A stretch of 64,000 bases of DNA from Parcubacteria group bacterium (GCA_028286615.1 JAQBRG010000003.1:83330-147329), one strand, 5' to 3'; shown: positions 31,252 to 41,111, numbered from the stretch's first letter. The notes: generated by a model from the sequence alone, not told the origin. Numbers and translations: made by a program.

Positions 31252-31352
31252 ATAGGTTATGTGCCCGTAACCGTAACCTAGGCTCTATGAACTCTCGCTG
31301 AAGAAAAACACCGCCTTGTGAGCGGTGTTTTTCTTCGAAAGATTTCTCTTTA

Positions 31353-31817
31353 TTACTTTCTTTTCTTTGCTGCCTTCTTAACTGCTTTCTTTGCAGTCTT
31401 AGCTCCGCCCGTTACTTTCTTTACGGTCTTCTTAACAGCTGCTGAGGGCTGGAGCTCACGCTTTACCTGCTCCCAGTTCTGTTTAAGCTCTTTAACCGCT
31501 CCTTTAAGATCACCGTCTGCTACACCACGAGCTCCTGCATATGCAGCAGCTGCTTCGTCTACGATCTTTCCAACAGCACGTGCATCGATGTTCTTAAGGG
31601 CCTTGGCTCGCTTAACCACATCCTTCTTAAGGCCCTTTGCCCAGGTGCTAGCTGCTGCCCGATGCTTCTTAGCGTTCTTAGTGCCGTAGAAGTAGTATCC
31701 TGCAGCGCCTGCTGCAGCCGCTGCTACAAGTACGCCTGCACCGATCTCAGCTGCTTGTACGCCTGACATCTTCTTCTTTGCGGGTGTCTTCTTAGCTGCT
31801 TGCTTTTTCGTTGCCAT
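31353..31817 (-). CDS. Lys/Ala-rich protein with a hydrophobic segment and histone H1-like tails
   Basis: MATKKQAAKKTPAKKK...AKKAVKKAAKKRK. Confidence 0.75.
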   Translation of the reverse strand: MATKKQAAKKTPAKKKMSGVQAAEIGAGVLVAAAAAGAAGYYFYGTKNAKKHRAAASTWAKGLKKDVVKRAKALKNIDARAVGKIVDEAAAAYAGARGVADGDLKGAVKELKQNWEQVKRELQPSAAVKKTVKKVTGGAKTAKKAVKKAAKKRK

Positions 31818-31839
31818 ACCAATGAGTCTATGAATAGAA

Positions 31840-32118
31840 TTAAGATTTTGTAGAACGACGGCGTTTGGGCTTATCGAGTACCTTGAAGAAACTAAACATA
31901 TGTTTGAGGCGAAGACCTTCACTGCGAACCTTTGCGCGTACATCAGCGATGTCGTCACGCAAATGCTCGCCTTCTTCCTCCACCAATTCAGACACGTGCT
32001 CCACTCGTTTCAAGATACGGATAAGCCAGACGAGAACGATTACAAGAAGGACAGTTACAACAATCACTGCGACTGTTGTCACGCCAAAGAAAATATCCAT
32101 CTTGAGAAAATCATTCAT
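31840..32118 (-). CDS. Hypothetical single-TM protein
   Basis: N-terminal TM plus coiled segment. Confidence 0.7.
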   Translation of the reverse strand: MNDFLKMDIFFGVTTVAVIVVTVLLVIVLVWLIRILKRVEHVSELVEEEGEHLRDDIADVRAKVRSEGLRLKHMFSFFKVLDKPKRRRSTKS

Positions 32119-32248
32119 CCGTAAGGGTATGTTAGCCCGCCAGAATAGGAGTGCAAGGGCAAGTGTGTATTACTTTATTCACTTAAAATTAATACTTTGT
32201 AGCCTGTGGTATAGTCCTGACTAGAACTGGAAAGCAAAGGAGCTTTGC

Positions 32249-32722
32249 ATGACATCGTTCTCTCCGCCCGTGGCCCTTTCGTTGTTTGGAAGTCAAAGTG
32301 CGCTTTTCCGAAGATATGAGAGCTATTACGATCGAATCTCAGAAGAGACAGGGGAGCCTGTGCCTGAGCCAATCTCTGAGTTCCCTGAAGCGCTGGTATA
32401 TCTGTTCGAGAGAATGAACGACCGTACAAGGCGTTCCCTAGTCTTGAATGCAAATTTCAAAGATGGTTCTTCCGGTCCCGCCATCAAGATAGGCATCTAC
32501 AACGGAGGGTACGGAAGCGATCAACTAACCAAGGAGCACTACTTTCCCGTCACGCCGGAAGTTGTCCAAGAGCTCCAGCGCTCAGGCGTTCTTTCGGGCA
32601 TACCCTACCTGGGTTATACCGACAACAATGAGCTGCGTTTAAACGAGAATGCAGTTACGAGAATCCTCGCTGAAATCGGCAAGTATGGAGCAAGTCTGTT
32701 AAAGCAATCCACAGCGCATTGA
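32249..32722 (+). CDS. Hypothetical protein with own promoter, RBS and terminator
   Basis: AAGGAG RBS; TGGTATAGT -10; hairpin 32729-32764. Confidence 0.7.
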   Translation: MTSFSPPVALSLFGSQSALFRRYESYYDRISEETGEPVPEPISEFPEALVYLFERMNDRTRRSLVLNANFKDGSSGPAIKIGIYNGGYGSDQLTKEHYFPVTPEVVQELQRSGVLSGIPYLGYTDNNELRLNENAVTRILAEIGKYGASLLKQSTAH

Positions 32723-32770
32723 AGTTTTGTCGCCTAGCAAGGTCGCCTGGCTTGCTAGGCGACTTTTGTT

Positions 32771-32998
32771 TTATTCCTTTTCTATGCGTACAAACCTTGG
32801 ACCCTTATACCCGAACTCCGGCTTATCAACCTCCTCAAGAAACATTGATACGGGACGAGCGTACAACTTTCCTTCAGCATAGAGTGCCTTATATATAACT
32901 AACTCCTCTTCTGTTTCTGTATGCATGGCGGTTCCAAGAACCTCGTAGTGCTGCTCTGGATGCTTGAAGTGATAGTAGAGGCCAGGAGTAATTTCCAT
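32771..32998 (-). CDS. DUF1653 family protein
   Basis: GLYYHFK...YEVLG-A-HTETEEELVIYKALY...ARPVSMFLEEV. Confidence 0.9.
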   Translation of the reverse strand: MEITPGLYYHFKHPEQHYEVLGTAMHTETEEELVIYKALYAEGKLYARPVSMFLEEVDKPEFGYKGPRFVRIEKE

Positions 32999-33041
32999 AC
33001 AGGAAGTATACCAAGCTGCCTGCATGCGCTATGGTTAGTAT

Positions 33042-33782
33042 ATGAAGAGAGAACCGGCTCCAGAAACCAAGCCTACATACCCCATGCGCATCAACAAATA
33101 CCTCGCTATGAAGGGGTATTCAACACGTCGAGATGCTGATGCGCTTGTGGAGCGAAAGCAGGTATATATCAACGGAAGCATCGCTCAACTTGGAGACAAG
33201 GTACTCGAAACCGACGAGGTTGATGTAAAACGACGTACCAATCCTCAGACCCATGTCTACATCGCCTTCAACAAACCAGAGGGCATGGACACGCATCGGG
33301 AAGACACAGGAACCAAGAACGTACTTGATTCCCTTCCAGCTGATTTGAAGCACATGAATTTGTTCCCTGTTGGCAGACTGGACCAAGCATCTCGCGGTCT
33401 TATTCTCCTCACGAACGACGGACGTATAACAGACCGTCTCTTGAATCCAAAGCACGCGCACGAAAAGACCTATGAGGTCCGCACTAAGAAGCCTCTCCGA
33501 GCAACAGCTAAAGAAAGACTTGAGGAAGGAGTTGATATTGAAGGCTACGTAACTAAACCAGCAAAGGTTACTATTCTCGACGCGCAGCGTTTTCGCATAA
33601 CGCTAACTGAAGGAAAGACGCATCAAGTGCGTCGCATGGTTGTTGCACTCTTTAACGAAGTTGCGGACCTTAAGCGCACCAGCATTATGAACATCAAACT
33701 TGGTCCTATGAAAGAAGGCGGATACCGTCTTATTGAAGGAGCGGAGCTTACCGAGCTTCTCAAATCGCTTGGTCTTGCTTAA
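33042..33782 (+). CDS. rRNA pseudouridine synthase (RsuA/RluB/RluF family)
   Basis: S4 domain RINKYLA, VGRLD, LLTNDG, EGKTHQVRRM. Confidence 0.93.
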   Translation: MKREPAPETKPTYPMRINKYLAMKGYSTRRDADALVERKQVYINGSIAQLGDKVLETDEVDVKRRTNPQTHVYIAFNKPEGMDTHREDTGTKNVLDSLPADLKHMNLFPVGRLDQASRGLILLTNDGRITDRLLNPKHAHEKTYEVRTKKPLRATAKERLEEGVDIEGYVTKPAKVTILDAQRFRITLTEGKTHQVRRMVVALFNEVADLKRTSIMNIKLGPMKEGGYRLIEGAELTELLKSLGLA

Positions 33783-34096
33783 GACTTTGGCTTCCAACCA
33801 GAAACGGAGAGGTCTACTTTCTCTCCTTTAAATACAACTCCTTCTTTCGAAAGAATGCTTTTCTTGGTGCTCGTACCTTTCCCGAAAGCATATCCAGTTA
33901 GAGATCCGTTAGATCCAACAACGCGATGGCATGGGACTGCTTTTCTATCCTTGTTCGTGCGCATAACAGCGCCAACAGCCCGTGCAGCTCCTGGAGAACC
34001 GGCTAGAGTTGCTAGCTGTCCGTACGTAGCAACTTTTCCTGGAGGAATCTTGCCAGAGATAGTGCGTACTTTGTCCGCAAAAGTGTCCGTTTTCAT
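33779..34096 (-). CDS. MGMT-family alkyltransferase C-terminal domain protein
   Basis: IPPGKVATYGQLA, ARAVG, VPCHRVV. Confidence 0.9.
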   Translation of the reverse strand: MKTDTFADKVRTISGKIPPGKVATYGQLATLAGSPGAARAVGAVMRTNKDRKAVPCHRVVGSNGSLTGYAFGKGTSTKKSILSKEGVVFKGEKVDLSVSGWKPKS

Positions 34097-34175
34097 ACCT
34101 CTATATTATCGCATTTTGCATATGTATAAAAATAGCCCGCTCTGGCTTAGCCAGGCGGGCGTAGTTGGTTGAGGA

Positions 34176-34331
34176 CTATTCCTCTTCGGAAGCTTCGTCT
34201 TCGGAGACCTGTTCGTCGAGCGCTTCCTGCTCCTTGCGGTCTTCCTTCAGGTTTTCGGCGACCTGAGCCTGATCGGCAGAAGCGTTCTCAGCTTTTTCGA
34301 TCTTCTGATCCAAATCCTTCACTTCGGCCAT
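34176..34331 (-). CDS. Small acidic protein (51 aa), below the ORF-track cutoff
   Basis: AGGAGG RBS, MAEVKDLDQKIEKAENASADQAQVAENLKEDRKEQEALDEQVSEDEASEEE*, TTGACA upstream, terminator 34127-34160. Confidence 0.7.
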   Translation of the reverse strand: MAEVKDLDQKIEKAENASADQAQVAENLKEDRKEQEALDEQVSEDEASEEE

Positions 34332-34678
34332 TTCGTCCTCCTGGACACTAACGTTACCTGCACTTCGCAGGAAATATGAATGTATCTCAAGTTATAAATA
34401 TGTCAAAGATAGATATTGCTAATTTCCATTAAACTTGAGCTGGCATAAAAAATAGCCCGCTTGCGGTTGCAAGACGGGCAATGAACCAAGAACAGAGATA
34501 CTTATCTCACGCTCCTTGGTTAAGAGCTTGTGTTCTTCCCCAGAAGGGACAGCGTCTCACGTTAACCGCAGGTTTGAACACCTACCGGACCTCCCTTAGT
34601 TCCGGGAGAACTGCTGCAGTCCGTACATAACGTACTCTTCTGAGCCTGAATATGAGGTGAAAAACGTAGGGAAGTAAT

Positions 34679-34933
34679 CTAGTTCGGTGAGACCTTAACC
34701 AAATGCTTAACGGATATTGGCTTTCCGTTGTCTAACGTATGAAGTGGACGAATGTATGCAACATCATTGCCTTGGCTGTGCTTCTCTGTTCTTACAACTT
34801 CATACCGTTCGTTAGGATCTATAACTCCTGAAAGAGCCTTTCTAACCTCGTCTGGGATAGAGTCGCTAAGTCTAACAGTGTCTCCAGCTTCAAGACTAGG
34901 TTTCTCTGGTTTGCCGGGTGCTGCTTCTGTCAT
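34679..34933 (-). CDS. Hypothetical protein
   Basis: 84-aa ORF, TATACT 6 nt upstream of ATG. Confidence 0.65.
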   Translation of the reverse strand: MTEAAPGKPEKPSLEAGDTVRLSDSIPDEVRKALSGVIDPNERYEVVRTEKHSQGNDVAYIRPLHTLDNGKPISVKHLVKVSPN

Positions 34934-34945
34934 AGGTGAAGTATA

Positions 34946-35194
34946 TCAAATACCGAGGAGTACAAGCTTCTGTTCTCTTGGGAGATTCTTTATCTCAGCC
35001 TCTCTCTTCTGAGCTTGGCTACGTGTAGCCCACTCCTCACTGTATCTAAGTGCAACTGGCCTACGCACTCTCGTATACTTCGCACCTTTATTTGAACCAT
35101 TGTGCTCCTCTACCCGTCTTTCAAGATTTGTTGTTACGCCCGTATACAAAGTCCCATCTGCGCACTCCAGGATATATACCTGCCACTTATTCAT
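34946..35194 (-). CDS. GIY-YIG nuclease family protein (UPF0213/YhbQ-like)
   Basis: VYILECADGTLYTGVT, RRVEEHN, GAKYTR-RRPV. Confidence 0.92.
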   Translation of the reverse strand: MNKWQVYILECADGTLYTGVTTNLERRVEEHNGSNKGAKYTRVRRPVALRYSEEWATRSQAQKREAEIKNLPREQKLVLLGI

Positions 35195-35209
35195 TCGTTT
35201 TAGTATGAC

Positions 35210-36703
35210 CTACTTTTCAAGGTCTAGTGTGTCGTCTATACGAATTTGTGCCACGAACTCAGGCACGTGACTAACGAGCACCATAGCGCCTTCGTACTGG
35301 TCTAGAGCCTTAGCAATAACAGGAAGATGGCGGAAGTTAATGTGGTTGGTTGGCTCGTCAAGAATAAGGAGTCCGGGGCGTTGAAGCACGAGACTTGCAA
35401 ATGCAACAAGTCCTTTCTGTCCTTCAGAAAGTACCCCGATTTTCTTTTGCATAACCTCGCCTGAAAGAATGAAGCCAGCTGCGGTTGCACGCATAACCTG
35501 CTCGTCCGGCTTATCCATAGAACGCATGAGAGCATCGTATACCGTGTGCTCAAAGTTAAGCGTTGAGAAGTCTTGTCGGTAGTAGCCGACACGTACTTCT
35601 TTTCCGATAGTTGCACCCTCTGCTTTTCCGCTTGCGAGCGCTTCAAGGAGTGTGGACTTTCCGATACCGTTTGGTCCCTTAAGGAGAAGATGGTTTGTTT
35701 TCTTAAGAGAAATGCTTGCCTTGTGTGCTTTGGGCTTATGCGTCTTAGGGTCCATCGTGCTGAACGAGGTTATAGAAAGGTATTCGCCGTTAAGGTCTGG
35801 CTGAGCTGGGATAGTGAAATTGCGGATGGTCTTATCTTCTTTACGCACATCAACCTTCTCTTCTTCCATTTCTTCAGCCTCTTCACGCATCTTTTTAGCA
35901 ACAAGACGCATCTTACCTCCCTTCTGTGCGAAGAAGTTGGCTTTATCCTTGTTGTCTTGAATCTTCTTGGCGAGCTGTGCGTTCTTTCGGTTCTCACGCT
36001 CAATACGAGCTGAGATCTCTTTGAGGAGATCGTAGTAGTTGCCGATGTACTGTTCAACCTTTCGGGTATGCACATCAAGATAGAGCACGCCGTCTGAGAA
36101 GGAGTTAAGGAATTCTGCATCATGGGAAATAACCATGCAGGTCTTTTCGTATTCTTGGAGGAACTTCGTGAGATGCTCGATGCCTGCGTGATCCAGGTTG
36201 TTTGTAGGCTCGTCCAGAAGAAGGAGGTCTGGGTCTTGGATAACCGCTGAAGCAAGAAGGAGACGTGCTTGCTGTCCTCCTGAGAAAGATTTAACAATGC
36301 GATCGTGGTCTGCGATATGCAGGTTAACAACTTCAAGTGCTGCATCAATCTTAGGATCGATGTCGTATACCTTCTGGTCGAAGCACTTCTCAAAGAATGC
36401 CCGGATGGTTAGCTCGCGTTCAGCGGGTGCTATAACCTGGCGCGCCATTGCAACCGTAAGTCCTGGAGCGCTCCAGATCTTTCCATCTTCAGGGTGCAGC
36501 TCCTCGGTTATGAGTTTGAAGATAGTACTTTTGCCAGCTCCGTTCTGTCCCATAACCGTAACCTTCATGCCACGACGCAGAGAAAAATCTACCGTATCGA
36601 GAATAGGGTAGTTATGCCCGTAGTTAAACGAGAGTTCTTCAAAACGAAGAACGGCTCCTTGTGAGCCGCCAGCGCCGCCTTCTTTAGTACCTTTTGCTAC
36701 CAT
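35210..36703 (-). CDS. ABC-F family ATP-binding protein
   Basis: Two ABC domains without TM: GQNGAGKST, LLDEPTNNLD, GPNGIGKST, LDEPTNH. Confidence 0.92.
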   Translation of the reverse strand: MVAKGTKEGGAGGSQGAVLRFEELSFNYGHNYPILDTVDFSLRRGMKVTVMGQNGAGKSTIFKLITEELHPEDGKIWSAPGLTVAMARQVIAPAERELTIRAFFEKCFDQKVYDIDPKIDAALEVVNLHIADHDRIVKSFSGGQQARLLLASAVIQDPDLLLLDEPTNNLDHAGIEHLTKFLQEYEKTCMVISHDAEFLNSFSDGVLYLDVHTRKVEQYIGNYYDLLKEISARIERENRKNAQLAKKIQDNKDKANFFAQKGGKMRLVAKKMREEAEEMEEEKVDVRKEDKTIRNFTIPAQPDLNGEYLSITSFSTMDPKTHKPKAHKASISLKKTNHLLLKGPNGIGKSTLLEALASGKAEGATIGKEVRVGYYRQDFSTLNFEHTVYDALMRSMDKPDEQVMRATAAGFILSGEVMQKKIGVLSEGQKGLVAFASLVLQRPGLLILDEPTNHINFRHLPVIAKALDQYEGAMVLVSHVPEFVAQIRIDDTLDLEK

Positions 36704-36747
36704 TACAGATACCCTACCGTATTTTCTTAAAAAACTAAACTATATTC

Positions 36748-37992
36748 TTATGCATTCCCTCCGGCGACATAACCAGTAGTCCAGCAAAGTTGAAGCGAAT
36801 ACCCTCCTGAAGGACGCGTAATGTGAAGCAGGTCTCCTGTTATAAAAAGATTCTCAATCTTAAGAGAGCGCATGGTTTTGGTATCAATTTCTGAAAGCGG
36901 CACGCCTCCGTCTGCTACAACTGCTTTCTCAAAACCAAGAAGACCTGTAACAGTAATGGAGAGAGCTTTGAGAAGATCAATTAAGATTCTGCGTTCTTCT
37001 TTGGTTACGCTATGTACTTTCTTCTCTGGATCGATGGTTGAGAGAGCAAGCAAAAGGTCGTTCATGCCAGCAGGCGCAAAACCTTTAAATACATTCTTGA
37101 GGAGCTTGTTCTTATTCTCGTCTAAGAGTGCCATGAGCTGCTTATCGAGAATACCCAGGTCGATAGTTGGGAACATATCAATTGTGGCAGTAACGGCTCC
37201 TTCGTGTAGCAGGTCGTCCACCTTTCCAGCTGCGTTGAGAATAGTTGGTCCCGAGATACCAAAGTGTGTAAAGAGAAGCGGCCCTTTTGTAGAAAACTTT
37301 CGTACTCCTTCTACAAAGAAAGATATTTTCATCTCGGGAAGCGCTACGCCACTTACCTCTTTAACCCAGACCTCTTTAACTTTAAGAGGAACAATAGTTG
37401 GTGTTGGCTTGTGTACGGTATGTCCAAGTTTCGTTAACCACTCAAATCCATCTCCTGTTGAGCCGGTTTCTGGATGTGAGACACCCCCTGTTGCAAGAAT
37501 GTACGAGTTAGCTCGATACTCTTTCCCGTCTGCAACAATGAAATCTATCTGTCCCTTCTTCATAACCACGTTCTCAACCGCAGACCGAAGTTTGATATCA
37601 ACTTTTCCTTCTTTTAAATACTCAAGAAAGAACCGCACAACATCAACCGCTTTCTCGCTTTGAGGAAACGCCCGCTTGCGAGCCTCAACCTTTAAAGGGA
37701 GTCCTCGAGATTCAAAGAAGGCGTACGCTTCAGACATGCCGAATTCCGAGAAAGGAGAGAAAAGAAAATTCTTAGCGTCTCCGTATTGAGCCAGAAGTAC
37801 ATTCTCGTCCTCTTCTGCATTCAATATGTTGCAACGGCCTCCACCGGATATAGCCAGTTTCTCTCCGAGCTTTGCATTCTTCTCAAGCAAAAGTACCCGT
37901 TTGCCTTGTGCAGCGGCTACACCAGCAGCCATAAGGCCTGCAGCGCCACCTCCTATTACGAGCACGTCGTGAGACACCTCTCCTTTTCGCAT
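36748..37992 (-). CDS. HI0933/YhiN/BaiN-family flavoprotein
   Basis: GGGAAG, SGGGRCN, TGSTGDG, LFTHFGISGP, GGYSLQ. Confidence 0.92.
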   Translation of the reverse strand: MRKGEVSHDVLVIGGGAAGLMAAGVAAAQGKRVLLLEKNAKLGEKLAISGGGRCNILNAEEDENVLLAQYGDAKNFLFSPFSEFGMSEAYAFFESRGLPLKVEARKRAFPQSEKAVDVVRFFLEYLKEGKVDIKLRSAVENVVMKKGQIDFIVADGKEYRANSYILATGGVSHPETGSTGDGFEWLTKLGHTVHKPTPTIVPLKVKEVWVKEVSGVALPEMKISFFVEGVRKFSTKGPLLFTHFGISGPTILNAAGKVDDLLHEGAVTATIDMFPTIDLGILDKQLMALLDENKNKLLKNVFKGFAPAGMNDLLLALSTIDPEKKVHSVTKEERRILIDLLKALSITVTGLLGFEKAVVADGGVPLSEIDTKTMRSLKIENLFITGDLLHITRPSGGYSLQLCWTTGYVAGGNA

Positions 37993-38093
37993 AATATGCC
38001 AACCATACTACAAACTTGCGAAAGAGTTAGCTTTAGCCATAATGCTGGCAGAGTGCAATATCCTGCATTAGTCATGAATTCAAGGAGGCAGTT

Positions 38094-38441
38094 ATGCCGA
38101 AGGACACGTCTCTACTAACTCGAGTAAGGCCGCAAACATACTATCAACGTAAAAGGGAGATCAGATGGGGCGCTGATATCGATGCAGAATTTCCTTCTCC
38201 ATCAGCTATTGCAAAGTTGCTGCCAAGTCTTTCTAAAGCGGAAAGGGATGTCGTTAAACTTATGGCGGAAGGCAAACCCTTCTTCAGGATTGGAGTTCTG
38301 CTTGATCGGGGAGAAGCTTACGTAGTGTCTGTTTCGAGTTCTGCACTCGAAAAACTTGGACTCCCCAGGACTTTCAACGAACTTAAGCGTGAAAGACGAG
38401 CTTGCCGTGCCTACATAATCGCTGAAGCACTGAAGATATAG
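38094..38441 (+). CDS. LuxR/GerE-like HTH protein
   Basis: LSKAERDVVKLMAEGK...IG...EKLGL; AGGAGG RBS. Confidence 0.6.
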   Translation: MPKDTSLLTRVRPQTYYQRKREIRWGADIDAEFPSPSAIAKLLPSLSKAERDVVKLMAEGKPFFRIGVLLDRGEAYVVSVSSSALEKLGLPRTFNELKRERRACRAYIIAEALKI

Positions 38442-38507
38442 AACATGTGCTCGTGCAAAACCTTAGAGGGGACGAATCTGAATACAGTTCGTCCTTTTCT
38501 CTTAAAT

Positions 38508-38541
38508 AAAAAGGCCCCGCTCTATAGAGCGGGGCCTTTTT
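38508..38541. terminator. Bidirectional terminator
   Basis: AAAAAGGCCCCGCTC-TATA-GAGCGGGGCCTTTTT perfect palindrome. Confidence 0.8.
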
Positions 38542-38550
38542 ATAAGAAAC

Positions 38551-38805
38551 TTATGCAGCGCGACGAACCATCTTTACGATTGCAATAAGTACAACCGCTC
38601 CGAGAAGTGCCACGAGGAAGCTGTAGAGATTGAAACCGCTTATGTCACCTTGACCAAGCATGCTCATAATCCAGCCTCCAAGCACCGCACCTACGATACC
38701 AACAATGATATCCATGAAGAGTCCCTGCTGGCCGTTTGTCTTCATAATAATAGAAGCGAGCCAACCTACGATTGCACCAAATACGATCCAAAGAAGAATA
38801 CCCAT
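38551..38805 (-). CDS. GlsB/YeaQ/YmgE family stress-response membrane protein
   Basis: WIVFGAIVGWLAS...DIIVGIVGAVLGG...GAVVL. Confidence 0.92.
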   Translation of the reverse strand: MGILLWIVFGAIVGWLASIIMKTNGQQGLFMDIIVGIVGAVLGGWIMSMLGQGDISGFNLYSFLVALLGAVVLIAIVKMVRRAA

Positions 38806-38844
38806 AGTGAAGTAAATTAATTTTGTAAGCTATCCTCGATACAC

Positions 38845-39138
38845 TTATCGTGCTGTACCGGTTGCGGTGGTGGTTCCGCCATTCATAAGCACGGTGGTGG
38901 TGCTATTAACCGTAGTTGTTGTGAATGCGGGAGCCTGTCCAGATCCATTATTGTTAGTACTGCCAGTTTGCCCCTGCTGTGCACCCTCTAAGTTTGCGTT
39001 GGGGTTCATAAGCTTTGGCAGAAGGAACATTGCGAGCAGTACCAGTACTATGATCGCGATTAGGGCCACGATCCAGCCGCCGGCACCTGCACTTTCTGGA
39101 GTACCGTCCGGTCCTGGGTTATTAATTATTGTTGCCAT
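38845..39138 (-). CDS. Hypothetical single-TM protein
   Basis: MATIINNP...GWIVALIAIIVLVLLA, Thr-rich tail. Confidence 0.65.
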   Translation of the reverse strand: MATIINNPGPDGTPESAGAGGWIVALIAIIVLVLLAMFLLPKLMNPNANLEGAQQGQTGSTNNNGSGQAPAFTTTTVNSTTTVLMNGGTTTATGTAR

Positions 39139-39241
39139 ATATTTGCGATATAACGTATCCGTTAGACTGGTACGCTGAAACAATAAAATACTTATGATGA
39201 AGACCTCATTAAGCCACTGGTCTTCGTCTAACGACCTATTG

Positions 39242-40144
39242 TTATCCCTCGCTGGCTTCTTTTAGGGCAGCGATGTCAAACTTCTTCATCTTAAGAAATG
39301 CCTGTGTCATACGGGCAATCTTCTCCTTATCTCCGCTTTGCATAACTTCGTTCATTAGCGTAGGTACGATCTGCCAGGACACTCCGTACTTGTCCTTAAG
39401 CCATCCACATTGCTCTGATTCAGGAACTGCTGAGAGCTCTTTCCAGTAGTAATCAATTTCCTCTTGGGTCTCACAATTAACTATCAAGGAGACTGCTTCG
39501 TTAAAGGAGAAGTTGTGCGGACCTGCGCTGTCCATAGCGGTAAACCAGAGATCGGCAAGCTTGAAGTCGGTAAACATAATCGTGCCCTCTTTGCTTGGCT
39601 CCATGCCTGCGGGATACCTTGCAAGCGTACCGCGCTTTGCGTCCTTAAAAACAGAAAGATAGAAGTCAGAAGCTTCCTCGGCCTTCCCACACATCTCCTT
39701 TGTGAACATCAGGGAAGGAATGATGGGTGGTCGTTCCTCACCTTCAGGATTTGTGAAAATTAACTGCCAAGTAAGTCCATATTTATCCTCTACCCAACCG
39801 TATCGCTCGCTAAATGGGTACTTATCGAGAGGCATGAGTGCCTTCCCACCTTCTAAGAGTCTTTCCCATGTCTCGTCGATTCGTTTCCGTGCATCAGCAT
39901 CCTTCGAGGGGTCAAAGTTAACCATGAACGATATTGCGGGATTGAACTTGAAGAAAGGTCCCGCGCTTATAGCCTGGAACGAGGTTCCCATGATGTCGAA
40001 AGATACGATATCGCAATCTCCCGATGGAGTGTCCGTGATTACGGTAGTATTCGTTACTTTCGAGTTGGGAAAGATAGAAGTATAGAAACCGGCTGCTTCT
40101 ACGGCCTCCTTATCAAACCAGAGGTGTGGGACTATCTTTTGCAT
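39242..40144 (-). CDS. VOC family protein (PhnB/3-dmu-9_3-mt-like, duplicated domain)
   Basis: [42 protein letters not shown]. Confidence 0.92.
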   Translation of the reverse strand: MQKIVPHLWFDKEAVEAAGFYTSIFPNSKVTNTTVITDTPSGDCDIVSFDIMGTSFQAISAGPFFKFNPAISFMVNFDPSKDADARKRIDETWERLLEGGKALMPLDKYPFSERYGWVEDKYGLTWQLIFTNPEGEERPPIIPSLMFTKEMCGKAEEASDFYLSVFKDAKRGTLARYPAGMEPSKEGTIMFTDFKLADLWFTAMDSAGPHNFSFNEAVSLIVNCETQEEIDYYWKELSAVPESEQCGWLKDKYGVSWQIVPTLMNEVMQSGDKEKIARMTQAFLKMKKFDIAALKEASEG

Positions 40145-40188
40145 ATACAAATTATATTAAATTAATTTGAAACAACAAACACTTCAAT

Positions 40189-40216
40189 TCGGTTCTTATG
40201 GGGCAATGCTGGAATT
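40189..40216 (+). repeat. Cassette repeat R1 (degenerate)
   Basis: TCGGTTCTTA TGGGGCAATGCTGGAATT; right 18 nt match 13/18; abuts stop at 40217. Confidence 0.55.
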
Positions 40217-40435
40217 TTACCAAGGCCACACAAGAGATATCTTTGGTTGCGGAAGCTTGAACAATATCGCCAAAACGACGTAGACAAGACTGACCACAAA
40301 GTACGTAATAATAAACGAGATTATAAGACCTCCGATACGCATATCCGGATACATGCCCTTAATTACCACTTGAGCGAGGAGCGAAAGAGTAATTAAGACA
40401 ACATCAAGAACGATATTTCCTTTCTTGTTTTTCAT
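40217..40435 (-). CDS. Cassette 1: small two-TM membrane protein
   Basis: 72 aa, hydrophobic; TATACT 6 nt upstream of ATG. Confidence 0.7.
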   Translation of the reverse strand: MKNKKGNIVLDVVLITLSLLAQVVIKGMYPDMRIGGLIISFIITYFVVSLVYVVLAILFKLPQPKISLVWPW

Positions 40436-40455
40436 AGCTTGAGTATAGCTCAGTT

Positions 40456-40483
40456 ACTGGCTGCTTGGGACAATGCTGGAACC
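40456..40483 (+). repeat. Cassette repeat R2
   Basis: ACTGGCTGCTTGGGACAATGCTGGAACC. Confidence 0.85.
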
Positions 40484-40491
40484 TTGTTTGG

Positions 40492-40836
40492 CTAATTCCG
40501 CAGAATTACAAAGACAAGGCACACGAGACCGAATGTTGCTGCCCACACCACTGCCGCGGCTGCCAGATCCTTACTACGTCCAATTGCCTCGTCGTACTCA
40601 GGATGAATCTTGCTAAGTGCTATTTCAATAGATGAATTTTGAAGTTCGGTAACCATTACAAAAAACCAACAGAATACAAGTAACAACAACTCGTCCTTAG
40701 AAATATCGAACAGGAAATAAACAGTTGGCAGGCCGATCGCAGCAAGAAGTATTTCGATACGAACAGCGCTATCGTGATTAACCGCATAATGCAATCCACG
40801 AAACGGGTGCGACAATCGCTTAATCCAGTACTTCAT
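40492..40836 (-). CDS. Cassette 2: diacylglycerol/undecaprenol kinase (DgkA family)
   Basis: ELQNSSIE, IGRSKDLAAAAV, three TMs. Confidence 0.88.
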   Translation of the reverse strand: MKYWIKRLSHPFRGLHYAVNHDSAVRIEILLAAIGLPTVYFLFDISKDELLLLVFCWFFVMVTELQNSSIEIALSKIHPEYDEAIGRSKDLAAAAVVWAATFGLVCLVFVILRN

Positions 40837-40855
40837 ACTAATCAGTATATCCCTA

Positions 40856-40883
40856 GATGGGAGCCTGAAATGATCTTGGAACC
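40856..40883 (+). repeat. Cassette repeat R3
   Basis: GATGGGAGCCTGAAATGATCTTGGAACC. Confidence 0.75.
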
Positions 40884-40946
40884 GTTATACTTGACACTAA
40901 GCTTTAATAGTGTTATCTTTCTATTAGGAACAGAAGGGAGACCGGT

Positions 40947-41048
40947 ATGAAAACGCCAACCATCGTGCGCCATCGGAACAATGGTCGTGGCGGCTGGGAA
41001 ACCTGGCACAGCTACGACAACGGCAAGACCTGGACTATGGTGACCTGA
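40947..41048 (+). CDS. Cassette 3: 33-aa peptide with one Asp-box (BNR) motif
   Basis: MKTPTIVRHRNNGRGGWETWHSYDNGKTWTMVT*; TTGACA-N17-TATCTT (40891-40919), GGGAG RBS, terminator 41070-41101. Confidence 0.65.
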   Translation: MKTPTIVRHRNNGRGGWETWHSYDNGKTWTMVT

Positions 41049-41111
41049 TATCACCGCTCCAGCCCCCACGCGACCCTCGAGAATTCGAGGGTCGCTTCTT
41101 TATTACTAAAT

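Noticed and set aside
36872-37663. 263-aa plus-strand ORF
   Set aside because: Antisense shadow of the HI0933-family gene
39200-39241. A 13th repeat downstream of the VOC gene
   Set aside because: Only CTGG and GACC fragments, with no 28-bp register match
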